Assembly: GCF_009834535.1 (NCBI RefSeq)
Contig: NC_045707.1
Location: 52,702,001 to 52,766,000, forward strand
DNA: 64,000 bases
Source of the DNA: Camelus ferus
Taxonomy: Eukaryota
Direction of reading: 5' to 3'
In this document: positions 1 through 11,340 of the stretch, piece by piece
Layout of the letters: each line of letters begins with the position of its first letter
How positions within the stretch are numbered: the stretch's first letter is position 1
Notes under the pieces: model-generated
The model's input: only the letters and a program-made list of their open reading frames with translations
The model's database searches: none
Told to the model about the DNA's origin: nothing
Position numbers and translations under genes: made by a program

Positions 1-596
1 AAATCATGTTTTCTTATTGACCTTCTTGATATAAGCCAAGTTACGTTCCTGTAAGGAAAATACAGATTTCGCAGACACGGCATTCAGGTGCAGGTCCCGC
101 TGAAAAAGTCTGACGTTATGTTAGGAACCTTCACGAAATCTAATTCTTACAGCAACGGTTATGAACTACAACAATGTCGTTACTATTTTTTCTTTTCTTT
201 TTTCTTTCTTTTTTTTAACAGGTAAAGATCTGGGGACTCAGCGCAGATAAGTGCCTTACCGAGGCGACAGACCAACAAAGTGCTCCCACGGGACTGAAAA
301 CTGGGCTCTTCCCTGCGTGTTTCCCACGCAGTGAACCATCCCTGAGCAAAGGGAGGCAGCCGTCTCCCAGCAGACGCCCTCCGGGGCCCAGCAGCCCTGC
401 CTGGCCGCAGTTTTATCTTTACAGACTTTCCTTGCTCGTGTGCTGCTTCTGTGGCACTGACCTGCCCCCCGACCCCTCACGTCCCGTCCCCCGGGCCAGG
501 GAAGCAGCGTCTCTGTCAAAGCAGCAGTGAAGCCGCAGCTGCTGCACCAGGACCACTTCCTTGTACCCCCAGCCCATGGGCCAGCTGTGCTGCGGA

Positions 597-1099
597 GCTG
601 ACCCGCCGGGAGGTGCTGACCCGCCGGGAGGTGCTGACCCGCCAGGAGGCGCTGACCCGCCAGGAGGCGCTGACCCGCCGGGAGGCGCTGACCCGCCGGG
701 AGACGCTGACCCGCCAGGGGGCGCTGACCCGCCGGGAGGTGCTGACCCGCCGGGAGGCGCTGACCCGCCGGGAGGCGCTGACCCGCCGGGAGACGCTGAC
801 CCGCCAGGGGGCGCTGACCCGCCAGGGGGCGCTGACCCGCCGGGAGGTGCTGACCCGCCGGGAGGCGCTGACCCGCCGGGAGGCGCTGACCCGCCAGGGG
901 GCGCTGACCCGCCGGGAGATGCTGACCCGCCGGGAGGCGCTGACCCGCCAGGGGGCGCTGACCCGCCGGGAGATGCTGACCCGCCGGGAGGCGCTGACCC
1001 GCCAGGAGGTGCTGACCCGCCGGGAGGTGCTGACCCGCCGGGAGGCGCTGACCCGCCGGGAGGCGCTGACCTGCCAGGGAACGTTGACCCACGAGAACC
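597..1099 (+). repeat. GC-rich 18-bp minisatellite, consensus GCTGACCCGCC(G/A)GG(A/G)G(G/A)(C/T), 27 copies plus a degenerate 28th
   Basis: Units start every 18 bp from 597 to 1065. The first 11 bp are invariant in units 1-26 and variation is confined to unit positions 12, 15, 17 and 18. The repeat explains the four overlapping repetitive ORFs at 256-1226. Confidence 0.98.
711..960 (+). promoter_or_regulatory. Cluster of near-consensus CTCF motifs (CCGCCAGGGGGCGCTG) within the minisatellite
   Basis: The exact 16-mer occurs at 711, 801, 819, 891 and 945 and fits the CTCF core CC(A/G)(C/G)(C/T)AG(A/G)(G/T)GGC(A/G)C. Binding is inferred, not shown. Confidence 0.6.
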
Positions 1100-1134
1100 T
1101 TGGGTTCTTCAGAGATGTGATGTTACCACTTACA

Positions 1135-1265
1135 GCTTTATTGGCCTTGAGCAAGTGGCCAAACTATGTAATCTTCAATTTTTTTTAAACAAAATAGCTA
1201 GGGGAGTAATAGTAACTATCACCTAATATTGTTGCAAGATTTAAATGAGATACGGACTCACAGGG
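1135..1265 (+). mobile_element. MIR SINE fragment
   Basis: ggccttgagcaagt...aaaatagctaggggagtaatagtaactatcacctaatattgttgcaagatttaaatgagata resembles the MIR core. Confidence 0.6.
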
Positions 1266-1539
1266 CCTGGCCCGCTGTCAGTCCTCCGTGACTGTCGCCT
1301 GCTGTGACCGCTGCGCCGGTGCGTCTCCGCGGGAAGCCCTGGCCCGCCGTGATAGCACCCACGTAGATTTTTTCGTTTTAATTAATGAGTAAATATATCC
1401 CCAGTCTTGAAAGATCCTTCAGTGCGTTTCTTCACTGCACGGGGAATCCCATCCCTTGTGGAGGCGGGGAAGTCGTGCTCCAGACAGTGACTGGCTCCAA
1501 GGCCAGGACGTCGGGTGTCCAGGTTGCTGTGCTGTTTTT

Positions 1540-1730
1540 ATTTACGGGACTTGGGCAAGTCACTCACTCTGGGAGCCTCAGTTTCCTCGCCGTGCTTGGT
1601 GATAACGGGCCTGCATACCCTTAGGGTTTCAAGAGGATGGAATAAGATGACTGAATAAGTTATCTGCATGAGATAATAACCTCGCCTCCTCCCTGTTTTT
1701 AGTGGCTGGTGCCTAGCGTACACTGTGCAG
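1540..1730 (+). mobile_element. MIR SINE fragment
   Basis: gacttgggcaagtcactcactctgggagcctcagtttcctc...gaggatggaataagatga resembles the MIR core. Confidence 0.7.
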
Positions 1731-2814
1731 TCATCATGGCGTAAGAAGATATTATTAATATTCTTTTAAACATCATGGTTTGGTCCCCAAATACCAAGAA
1801 AAAGGCAAAAATCACTGAGGCAAGCTCAGTTTGTGAGTATCTGTGCCTGACACCTGACACAAGACTCTTTATCTAGGTTTATGTGGAAGGGAGAACAGAC
1901 CTGCAGAACCACTGCCAACATCATTGAGCAGATCGACTACCATTCACGCTGCTTAAAGTCACCGGCTGCCCACTTTTCAGCCATGGGCTTTCAGGAAAAC
2001 GGTGCACCTGTCCCTGCTTTGCTTCTTTTCAGCCACACAAATCCCACCGAGGCTTAAGTCATTTCACGTCCTGGTGACAGCAGCCACTCCTACCCTGAGT
2101 GCTTCAGTCAGTGCTCAGTTACGCAGAGACTCAGCCAGCTCAGTGTCCCTGTTGCATCACTAGTGCACGAGGTCGGGAGGAACAAAGCTGTCCATTTAAA
2201 CACACAGCTGGAGTCACCGCTTTCCTCGGCCAAGGAAGGGCAAACATTCAACATAGCCCGTGGTCAGCTAAGTGTGCAGCTCCTGTGGAAAGCACATTAC
2301 AGGCATTAGGGCTGGGAAATGCTAGAGAAAAACAGCTCTTACCATCTTTAAAGGCTTGGGCCCCGTGCGTAATTACACTTGACCAAACAAGACCAGCCTC
2401 TAGCGACTTACCTCCAGTTGCGTGATTCACACTTTTTATATATATTCAAACCTGAAGCGGCATCAAAAGTGGATAAACTCCATCATCGAGTGATCTATGA
2501 GGGTTTCACAACCAGAGCGCAGGTATGTGTCAGCTTGGTCAGTAGGCAGGAGGGCTTCTGATGGTGCCAACAAGGGTAATCCCTTGTTTCTTTTAGAAAA
2601 CCCAGGGTTCTAGAGAAAATGTGCTGAGGGCTGGTCAGTCGTCAGGAAGTTCTAACCCAATGTAGCCAAATTAAGTAACACAGATCATCTGGAGACATTA
2701 AATCAGAACGTCAAATTGGAAAATCAAAATCAAAACATTTCAAATTTTCATAATTTTGGATTTATTAGTGGAAGTTTGTAAAGTTGTGATGGCAGGAAAT
2801 TTGATGTCGTGATT

Positions 2815-3025
2815 AAGAACATGAGTTTTAAGGTGAACCTGCTTGGGTTTGGAATTCCACCCCACCACCTTCCAGCTGTGAGGTTTCCCCGTGCTCCCAG
2901 CCTGGCTTCCTGCTCTGTAAAGTGAAGATTAAAACAGTAATTCTCCACAGTCATGTTGTGATAGTAGATACACGGAAGGCGTGTCTAATCGCAGCAGCTG
3001 CCGCATAGTGAGTGTCATTACTAAC
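2815..3025 (+). mobile_element. MIR SINE fragment
   Basis: cctgcttgggtttggaattcc...agctgtg...cctggcttcctgctctgtaaagtgaagattaaaacagta. Confidence 0.55.
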
Positions 3026-6000
3026 TAAGCTCAGTAAGTGTGACCCATGACCATTTTGAGTTCAGGCTCTAGGAGCCGATGCCTGACCCTTAGGGAACCA
3101 GGTTATCACGCATGCGTCCTCATGGTTTTCACACACTGCCCTCCGTGGTGAGGCTGCAGGCTCCATGGGTCACGCTCAGTGATCCCAGACAACAGGTTTC
3201 AGTGGAATTATCAACTGTAAGGGGACAGTTCAGGGTCTCCACTTGTGCAGTCATCATCCAGTGTTAATCAGAAGTCTTCCACGCGCCCGAGGTTCCCCAT
3301 CAGCGCGTTCATCTCTGTCCTCAGTGAAAGTAATTAGAGCAAAGAGAAGTGCCGGCTACGTGTCAGACGCGTCCTTCACCCAGTCCGTAGACAGTGACAG
3401 ACAGGGGTGGGGGCGTCTGGAAGGAGCCCCCCCCCACTCACCCCTGCCTGGCTTACCCGGGAACAGCCCGCAGAAGCCCCCTCTGGCCCACATGACATGA
3501 TGGTCTCTCTTAACTCTAAACTCAACCTCAAAGCTCATTACGACACACAAGGCCTGCTTTTACTCCCATTTGTAGAAACCCTAACGAATAACAACATTTG
3601 AAATGGCCATTTTGTTCGCTCTGTGCTGGGGCTTCCAGCCCCGTGAGCACGCTGTCAGCTGCCCACTGGTAACAAAGACTACTGACATCCCTTGTTTGCA
3701 TCCGGAGGTCAGTCCCACCGATGCGCCTTCCAGACCAAGGTCAGGGGATATTTGCCTGCTCTCTGGGCTCACGCCTTGGGCTACCAGGAGGCGGTCAATC
3801 ACTGGGCGGTGAGTGACCTTGAAAATGACCAGATAATGTGAGATTGTTGCCAACACCTTCTTTCACTTTTGAGGATACAGCCCTGCTGCCCGTTTGGAAA
3901 ACACAGGAAATCGTTGCATAAAAGCCAGTCCATGCCGTGCACAATGCCTGCTCTCAGAATATCTTTTTAGAGCTAGTTAGGGCTTTGGGGAAAGGATGAC
4001 AGAGAGGATTTCATGCGGTGTGGCTTTCAGCATTACTCTTTATTTTTGTCATTCTGGGGGCAAGAGCTTCCAGACTCCATGCCTGCCTCCCATCTTTCTT
4101 GTAAAATGAAATTTCACATGGAAAGAGAGAAACATTTGTTTTAAATCAAAAGTAAAGAGATGAAAGCCACTAAATGCAGTTAGGAGGCAGATTGATTTCT
4201 GAAAAATGCAGCTTGCAGGTTTGAGGCTGGGACCTGCCATTGCAAGGGATGGGATGTACGAACAGAATGTCTCCACTGAGCATTTTAACTGAACAGTTTT
4301 GAAATGAGACTAAGTGTCAGAAAACAAAAATTAAAGTGAAAGCAGGACCCCCCCCCCCATTCACCCCGACGTATCTTGTACCTTCCCGGCAAAGTGTTCC
4401 AGTTCTGAGCTTGTTAAAAGCAGCTTCCTGGAGCTACCCTTCTCTCAAATCCTTCCGGCCCATCAAGAGAGGAACAGAACAGAACAAAATAAAAATAAAA
4501 GCTAGATGTGAGCCCCCGCAGTCCTGTCGCAGACACCTCGGTCTCCGATCCCTTCATTGGCTTTCCCAGCTCGGGGGCAGCCAGACCTCCTTCCCCAGAG
4601 CAGCAACGTTCCTCCTGGACTGTTTTCCATCCCGTGTCCCGGGACCCCATCCGAGTTCCCTTCCATCGCTGGAGCCAAGATCTGCATTCTTATCTGTTTT
4701 TAGGGCAGACATGAAAGATGGCTTCTACCTTCTGAATTCCATGAATGATGGACACAGACTGTGTCTAAGCCAATAAAAGCAGCTCCAGGAGACAGAAAAG
4801 CTTCCACAGAAGGAAAGGGAAGGGACAGTCCCTGGGGCGTGGGGAGGAGCCATCACCTTCTGGGCAGCGGCTTCCGCCTGGAGCAGCACCACCCAGCCCT
4901 GTGACACTGGCTGACCCGCCAGGAGCCTGGGGTCTTAGGACCCTGGGTGGAGAAGACTCTCTCTCACAAGGTCTTTGCAGGGAAAGTGAATGGTGACCTG
5001 ATCACAGGCATCTGAAGATCTTATTATTCACCTCCAGATTCAGACGTGGATTGAGCTCCTGCACCCGTCATGGGACTCAGAGCACAGCTAATGCCCATCG
5101 GAGGAGGTGTCCTTTACTGAAGAATGCGGGGCAGGGAGGAGAAGGGAGCCACGTCCTGGCATCTTGGAGGGCCTGCTCTCAAGACGCATCCCCACGCTTG
5201 GCATGGAGGCCACTCCTCCTGTTCTGAACTGAACCGGAGTGTTAGGACGCAGTGCAGCTGAAGGTTTCCACTTCTTTCCCTTCCGAGATCAGAATCTCCC
5301 TCCACTCAGTGACTTCGGTGACAGCAGCTTCTCCGCTCAGAGAGGAGAGAGGTTTGGACAGCTTCTGTCATTCTCCTCGGCAAGACGTGCTTTTCCGAGG
5401 AGCTAAACTGCCTTATTCATGGATTTCAATGACATTCTCTAAAAACAAAAACAAGTTAATGGGAAAAAACTCCATCACGTTGTAACAGCATCTGCCAGTC
5501 ACCCAGCATTTACCTGCTCTTCCTGCCTTGCGAGCAGAGCTGCGTGAACGGCGGAGAGAGACAGGTCTGTCAGCAAAAGTTTCCAGGTTCATGTTGAGTG
5601 ATTAGGAGATTTTAAAGACTGATATGCAGATCACAGGACAGAAATACCATTCTCTGTCTTTCTGTCTCCGTCTCTCTCTGCCGGGGCGGGGGAAAGGTTA
5701 AAAGCCGAGTAAAGTCGCAGTCAGTAGGACCCTAATTATTCCCCCTGAAGGGTGAATTAGCAAGACCTGGAGGAGGAGAAGTGGGGCTCACTTGCCTAGA
5801 GGACCCGGACAGGACGGGGTGCCCCTCTGTGTCTCCCCCTCCTCCTTCCCGTGAGAGGCCTCCCTGAGGCTCTCTGCCCACCGGTCACAGTGCGGCCCCC
5901 AGAGATGCACCGAGTGCTCAGGGTTGCACACCACATGCCCCATCCATGCCCCTATTTGTTCATATCATCCAGAGGTCAAGGTCCCCCTAGTCCTTCCTGC

Positions 6001-6181
6001 GTGGCTTGGAGGGAGGCTGGGTTGGGTCCTTGCTCAGGTACGTGGTCCAGCAACTACCCTTCAAGGAGGTGGGGTGGGGGGATGAAGCATGAAGGCCCAG
6101 GCATGGCGCCCCTTTGAGCCCCATAGCACACAGGAAACCCCAGGCTAACCTGGAAACGTGCCGTCCACTGTATATTAACTC

Positions 6182-6262
6182 TTTTTTTTTAATTAATAGA
6201 ATTTTTTTAAAGCAATTTAAGATTTACAGAAAAGTGGAGGGAAAGTACAGAGCATTCCCTCT
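6182..6262 (-). mobile_element. Old L1M (L1MB/MC-like) 3' end fragment
   Basis: T-rich tail followed by agcaatttaagatttacagaaaagtggagggaaagtacagagcattccc, typical of the antisense L1MB/MC 3' terminus. Confidence 0.6.
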
Positions 6263-7129
6263 AATGACGCTGTCTGTTTTCTCCTAAAGTCCGATGCCCT
6301 GGCCTCTGGGACCCTGGTGGGACTGCCCCTCCCAGGGCTGGCCATTGCAGGGAGAGGGAACGACGCGTCCACGAGAGGGCCTTCCAAATGCAAATCAACC
6401 AGTCCGGTGTCCACACTGCGTCCCACCACCTCCTCTGCCCACTGCCCCAGACCACGGTCTCCCTGCACTGGTCCCACCACCACAGTCCCTGGTTCTGTTG
6501 GCCACTCCTTTCCTGTGGTTGGTCTTCTCGCTTCTCAGCCACCTGTCCTATCTAACCAGGTCACTGGGCAGCGGACAACTCAGTGTTTCTCAAAGGGGTG
6601 ATGGTTTGCTTTGTCGCTTCCTTTGCTTTATTGTTAACCTACTGAACCCCCCCCCCCTTCTTCCAGGAAGCCTTCCCTGACTACTTCTAGCTGGGATGCT
6701 GAAATACCCGTGTTCCTTAGGTGATGTTCACATCCTCTGTCTTCTACTACAGGAACGTGAGTCCCCTGAGGTCAGACATCACATGCTTTGTCTCTCACAC
6801 CAGACGTTCAGCCTGTCGCTGTAGTGCCTGGAGTCGGAGGACCTCTGTGTCTACCTGGTGGACAGTCACTATTGTCAGTATTTCCCTTTATCTCCTTTTG
6901 GGCAAAGGCATGAACAGCTGGGTTCCACAAATGGCACAACATCTAGACGTCAGGGTCTGGGAAAAGTATAAAGAAAGGGAAGCTTCTGAACAGATGGCGG
7001 ATGCTGAAGGAAACCGACTGCCCTTAACGAAGCGTGGTTTAAAACCAGTTCTCTCTCTGGCTGAGACACTCAAGACACCTGGGGATGTCCCGCTTTAGCT
7101 TCCAGGATGGACATAGATCATGACACGTT

Positions 7130-7304
7130 GGCACCGTGTTAACAGCCGGAGTGAGGAAGGGCTTACAGCCTCTGCCTGTAGTATAAACATCTCATCACGG
7201 CTTATTTTAAACTAACTATGTGATGTCAACTAGCTTTCAAAATTCCTAAAAATTTGAAAATTGGCTCTTGCGAGCCGGTACAAGCTGACTCCAGTACAGC
7301 ACTG
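7130..7304. mobile_element. MER63-like hAT DNA transposon remnant
   Basis: tgatgtcaactagctttcaaaattcctaaaaatttgaaaattggctcttgcgagccggtacaagctgactccagtacagcactg matches the remembered MER63 terminal sequence. Confidence 0.7.
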
Positions 7305-7489
7305 GGTATAAATAATGTATGTTTAAAGGCCAATTTACTTGCCTCATATTTATAAAATGCCCCTCAATTCATAGTATTTTTCACAGACTTTCTGAAAGAC
7401 ACAGCATTATCACTGATGTTTACTAAATGAGGACAGTAGAGCTTAGAGAATGTAATGACTTATGGGAGCAGGAACGAAGGTTTTGGCAG

Positions 7490-7960
7490 CCAGGAATAGA
7501 AATCCCTTATTTAAGTTGACTTAAAAGTAAGGAATCTAATACCTTTCATAATGAGGTCACCAAGGGGAAGACCGGGTTTCAGAATTGTGTATGTCCCTCA
7601 GGACGTGCCTAAGCACCGGGCTTCATTCCTCCTCTCTCCTCCGATGTGCTTGGTGCTGGCTGGACTGTCCGCCTTGTCCTCAGGCTGGTGCAGGCCGCCC
7701 AGCTGGACTCGGCCGTGCTCAGCACGAGGGCAGAAATGTCTCCTCCTGGCCCAAGACGTAGGGTCAAGGAACCTGCCCCAGAAACCCCCGCATAGACTGA
7801 CCTCACTTCTCCTTGGCCACAGCTGGGTCACATCTCCAAGGCCAGAAGAGTCGAGGGCTAGAGTGTGGGGGTCGTTTGGCTGACTTGGCTAAATGGGATA
7901 TTCTCTTGGTGCTGGGGACGGCTCACTGTCCTCTGGGGTCCCTTGGAGAAAGACAGATAT
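7490..7960. mobile_element. Ancient MaLR LTR (MLT1J/K/L-like)
   Basis: aatagaaatccc...aagttgacttaaaagtaaggaat and cagaaacccccgcatagact...cacttctccttggccacagctgggtcacat motifs. Confidence 0.5.
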
Positions 7961-8623
7961 CCAAACCCATTTGGCCTTCTGCTGGGGAGGAAAGATGGAG
8001 AATGGGTAAGCACGGACAGTGTCCGTTTACTCGCCACACTCACAGTCTAGTCAGCAGCAAAGTCTGCAGTCAACTTCGTAATCAAGGACCACCTTCCCCA
8101 ACATGATACCCAGCTTCTTTATAAAGATGTGGGTGAAAATCACGGCGTGTCTCTTTGACCTCCTATGACATTTTTACTGCAATTCCCTTTGTCTGTTATT
8201 TCGGCAAAGTTGTGTGGATTGCCTTCCACGCATCAGGTCGCAGGTGTGGGCGCGTGAGTCTGTGTATTTACTGTATGAGTATATTAATAAACCCGGTGCC
8301 ACCAGGTAAGAGCACTTTTTTTACTACTGACTTATGCTCACACAGTGCCTTTCAAGGAGAAGTACAAGCACTATATACACATTATTTGAAAAATAAAACT
8401 AATTTCTCCAGGCTTCTCTTCCACAAGAGTGTTTCAACAACTTCCCGATATTATTCACCCTTTAGCAGAGACAAACTTTGAAAGTGAGATTCCTGAATGA
8501 GAATTTTTCTGAAAATTATTACGAGCAACAGAAAATAAGGAGTTACAGCCCAAAATACCTTGCAACTGTAGCTACAAAGCTCACTGCAGTGATCACTATA
8601 CTGTGCAGTGTGGCCGAGTCACA

Positions 8624-8637
8624 GTTGCCATGGAAAC
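8624..8637. promoter_or_regulatory. RFX X-box motif
   Basis: GTTGCCATGGAAAC is a canonical near-palindromic X-box. Confidence 0.45.
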
Positions 8638-10429
8638 CATAAATTTGATTTTCTGGGGGTTTCGTGTGTACAAAATCCCAGCAATCATACTGCCTCCACA
8701 TACCGTCTTTTTCATTTGTTATACACATACTGGGGTCCAATGTAGGTCGCCTGAGCTAAAAAGAGAAATGTTGGTTGCTTTCTTCAAAGATTTCTTTAAC
8801 ATCTCAACAGTATCAGAGTTAATTCAGAAAGCGCATAAGTAAAATATTATTTTTGACCTTGCTTCAAACATAACAGATTGATCTCTTCCAACCCAGCTCA
8901 CCCCACCCCTTGGAATAAAAATCTCCTCTATATATTTTCAGCTTTTGATCTGCTCACTTCTAGAACGTTCATGTGAGTTGGTGCTATTTTGTGTGAATGA
9001 CAGGTGATGTAGCCTTACCGATGTTCTGTTGTTTAGCTTTTATTTCTAAGAATTCCTTTGTATATCATTTCTGACTAGACTATCTCTCAGCGTCAGCACT
9101 TAAACAGAATGAAGTTCATCTCCTTACCTGGGATGGAATGCTTTACCAAACCCGTGGTATAGTGACCACGGTTCTCTCAACCCATCTGCCTCTTCCAGCA
9201 TTTTCATCTATTTTGTGTGAGTTATCTGAAGCACTGGGAACTCAAATCTCTACAACTTTAATGAAGAGAAGTTTGAATTGCAAGGGTACGAAGTCCTGGA
9301 AGACTCCAGGTTTAGCCTTTACTCCCTATTATAGGTCTGTGTTGACATAGCAGGAAATGCCAGCTTTCTCACTGACTCCAGGGGAGCACAGGATGTCCCG
9401 GGTTTACCTGGCTGCAGGGGGGACTGCTTCCATCTGATTCTCTCCTGCGAGCAGCCAACAAGAATCTCCCACCCCAGTGCTTTACCGTGGCCAAAAGCAG
9501 AGGCTATGGTTATTCAGCTGTTGTTCCCACATTGCACATAAAGGAAAAGAGACATTCACGCTTGCTGGCTGAATAAACGTGGACACTCTGCCATTCTACT
9601 TGAAGACGTTGCCTGGTCCCACTTTTCCCAGTTCTTTAATGAAGTAGATAAAATGCAAATTGTACTACTCCCAACGGAGTCCTGGGGTCATTCATTAAAA
9701 CTTTGCTCAACAGAAAGCATCTTTTAATAATTGTTGGAAAAAAAAACACAGGAAATAATGTGCTAGTTGCGTTGGCGTCAGTTTCAGGAAGAGATTAGCA
9801 GGTATTATAATGGATCACACCAGCCACAACTAAGTCAAAACTTCAGAGACAAGATGGCATGTTTAGCAAACTCAGTCACTTTGTCATGGTGAGGTGATGA
9901 CTCACCACAAGCTGGTAAAAGACACGCGCAGAACCCGCGGCATCAGCGCGTCTGCAGGCAGATTTGATGGTGTCAGTTGTCTTCAACTGCGTGTGTGTCA
10001 TTCACCTGAACAGTCTTCAGACGCCTCAGTGCTCTGGACCACTCAGTGCAAGACAAAGGGTGAAGAGGGAAGATGGGATAGATCAGAGAAAGGAAAAAGC
10101 CACTACTGTGTCCATTCACCAGATCACACAGCAGGCATTTATCAATAAGCTTTTAGAGAATGGGTACCCAGTGAGTAGCTAGTATCCCCAGTGTTTAACT
10201 TGGGGTACACCTGTCGGTGAAACAGTGACTTATAGAGAGACATGAGGGTTGGGCTTGATAAACAGCCTGGCCTAAGTTCCTGCTAGACAGCAAAACGTTA
10301 CATATAGGAAAAACGTTCATGGCGGACAGGACTCCACCAAACACACAGACATCCTGGATAAAATACTGTAACAACTAACAAAATCGTACATCAACCATTC
10401 ATTTAATTCTCACAAAAAGTCTGGATGAA

Positions 10430-10970
10430 AAGCGCTGTGAAATACACTACACTCCTATTAGAATGGCTAAAATCAAAACAGCTGGGAATATCAGTTGCCG
10501 GAGAGGACGGGCAGCAACAGGAGCTTCCATCCACTGGCGGGGGCCTGCCCAGCCCAGCGGGCAGTCGGTCCTTACACAGGTAAACGTAGTGTGACCTTAA
10601 GATCCAGCAGCGATGCTCCTGGGTGTTTATCCAGCTGACGGGTGAGCAAAGGGCCACACAAAAATCTCCACTCAAATATTCACAGCAGCCAAGACGCCCT
10701 CCACTAAATAAGGGAACAGGCAAAACCGATGCGGTGGGAAGTCACTGAGCACAAAGAAGGACACACTGTCAATCCACACAACAAAGTGGAGGAATCGTAA
10801 TGCCACATTTTAAATGAAAGAAGCAAGTCTGAGGAGGCTACATGCTGTGAGTGTCCAGCTATGTGACATCTCATAAAAACCGACACTGTGGAGACTGAAA
10901 ACAGAGCGGTGACTGTCAGGACCTTGAGAAAGGCAACGCATGAACAGAAGGACCACTGGGGATTTTCCTC
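10430..10970 (+). mobile_element. L1MC-like LINE, ORF2 end/3' UTR remnant
   Basis: tacactacactcctattagaatggctaaaatcaaaa, gatccagcagcgatgctcctgggtgtttatcca and aaatgaaagaagcaagtctgaggaggctacatgctgt. Confidence 0.8.
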
Positions 10971-11009
10971 TGCTTTGTGATTATACTGGGTTATTTAAAT
11001 ACACAAATG

Positions 11010-11340
11010 ACATGTATTTGAATTAAAATAGTTGTGAGTTACAGGAAAATGGCAAATACAATACGGAGGATTCCCAGTACACACCCAGTTATTAACAACA
11101 CCTTGCCTTGGTGTGGCATGTTTATTACAGTCAAGGGACCGATACTGATACGCCCTCACTCACTGAAGCCCATACCCCACATTCAGATTTCCTTCTGTTT
11201 TGTCGAACGTCCTTCTTATGCCCCAGGACCCCGTGTAGGACACCACATCACATTGAACGTGACCTCAGCCCAGGGCTCCAGGTTGACATCAGCTGTGAGA
11301 GGTTGTGCTGATGGTCTGTGGACTTGACATGACCTGAGGA
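11010..11340 (-). mobile_element. Old L1M 3' end remnant
   Basis: ttacaggaaaatggcaaatacaatacggaggattcc...ggcatgtttattacagtcaagggaccgatactgata...ccaggacccc...ggacaccacatcacattga. Confidence 0.6.

Noticed and set aside
597..1082. CRISPR-like pattern (constant 11 bp plus variable 7 bp)
   Set aside because: The variable parts are point variants of one sequence, not unique spacers. The context is mammalian with no cas genes.
256..1226. Four long overlapping ORFs (212-278 aa) with hexapeptide repeats (GGADPP, LTRREA etc.)
   Set aside because: These are a by-product of an 18-bp unit that lacks stops in several frames. They are open on both strands, with no splice or codon evidence.
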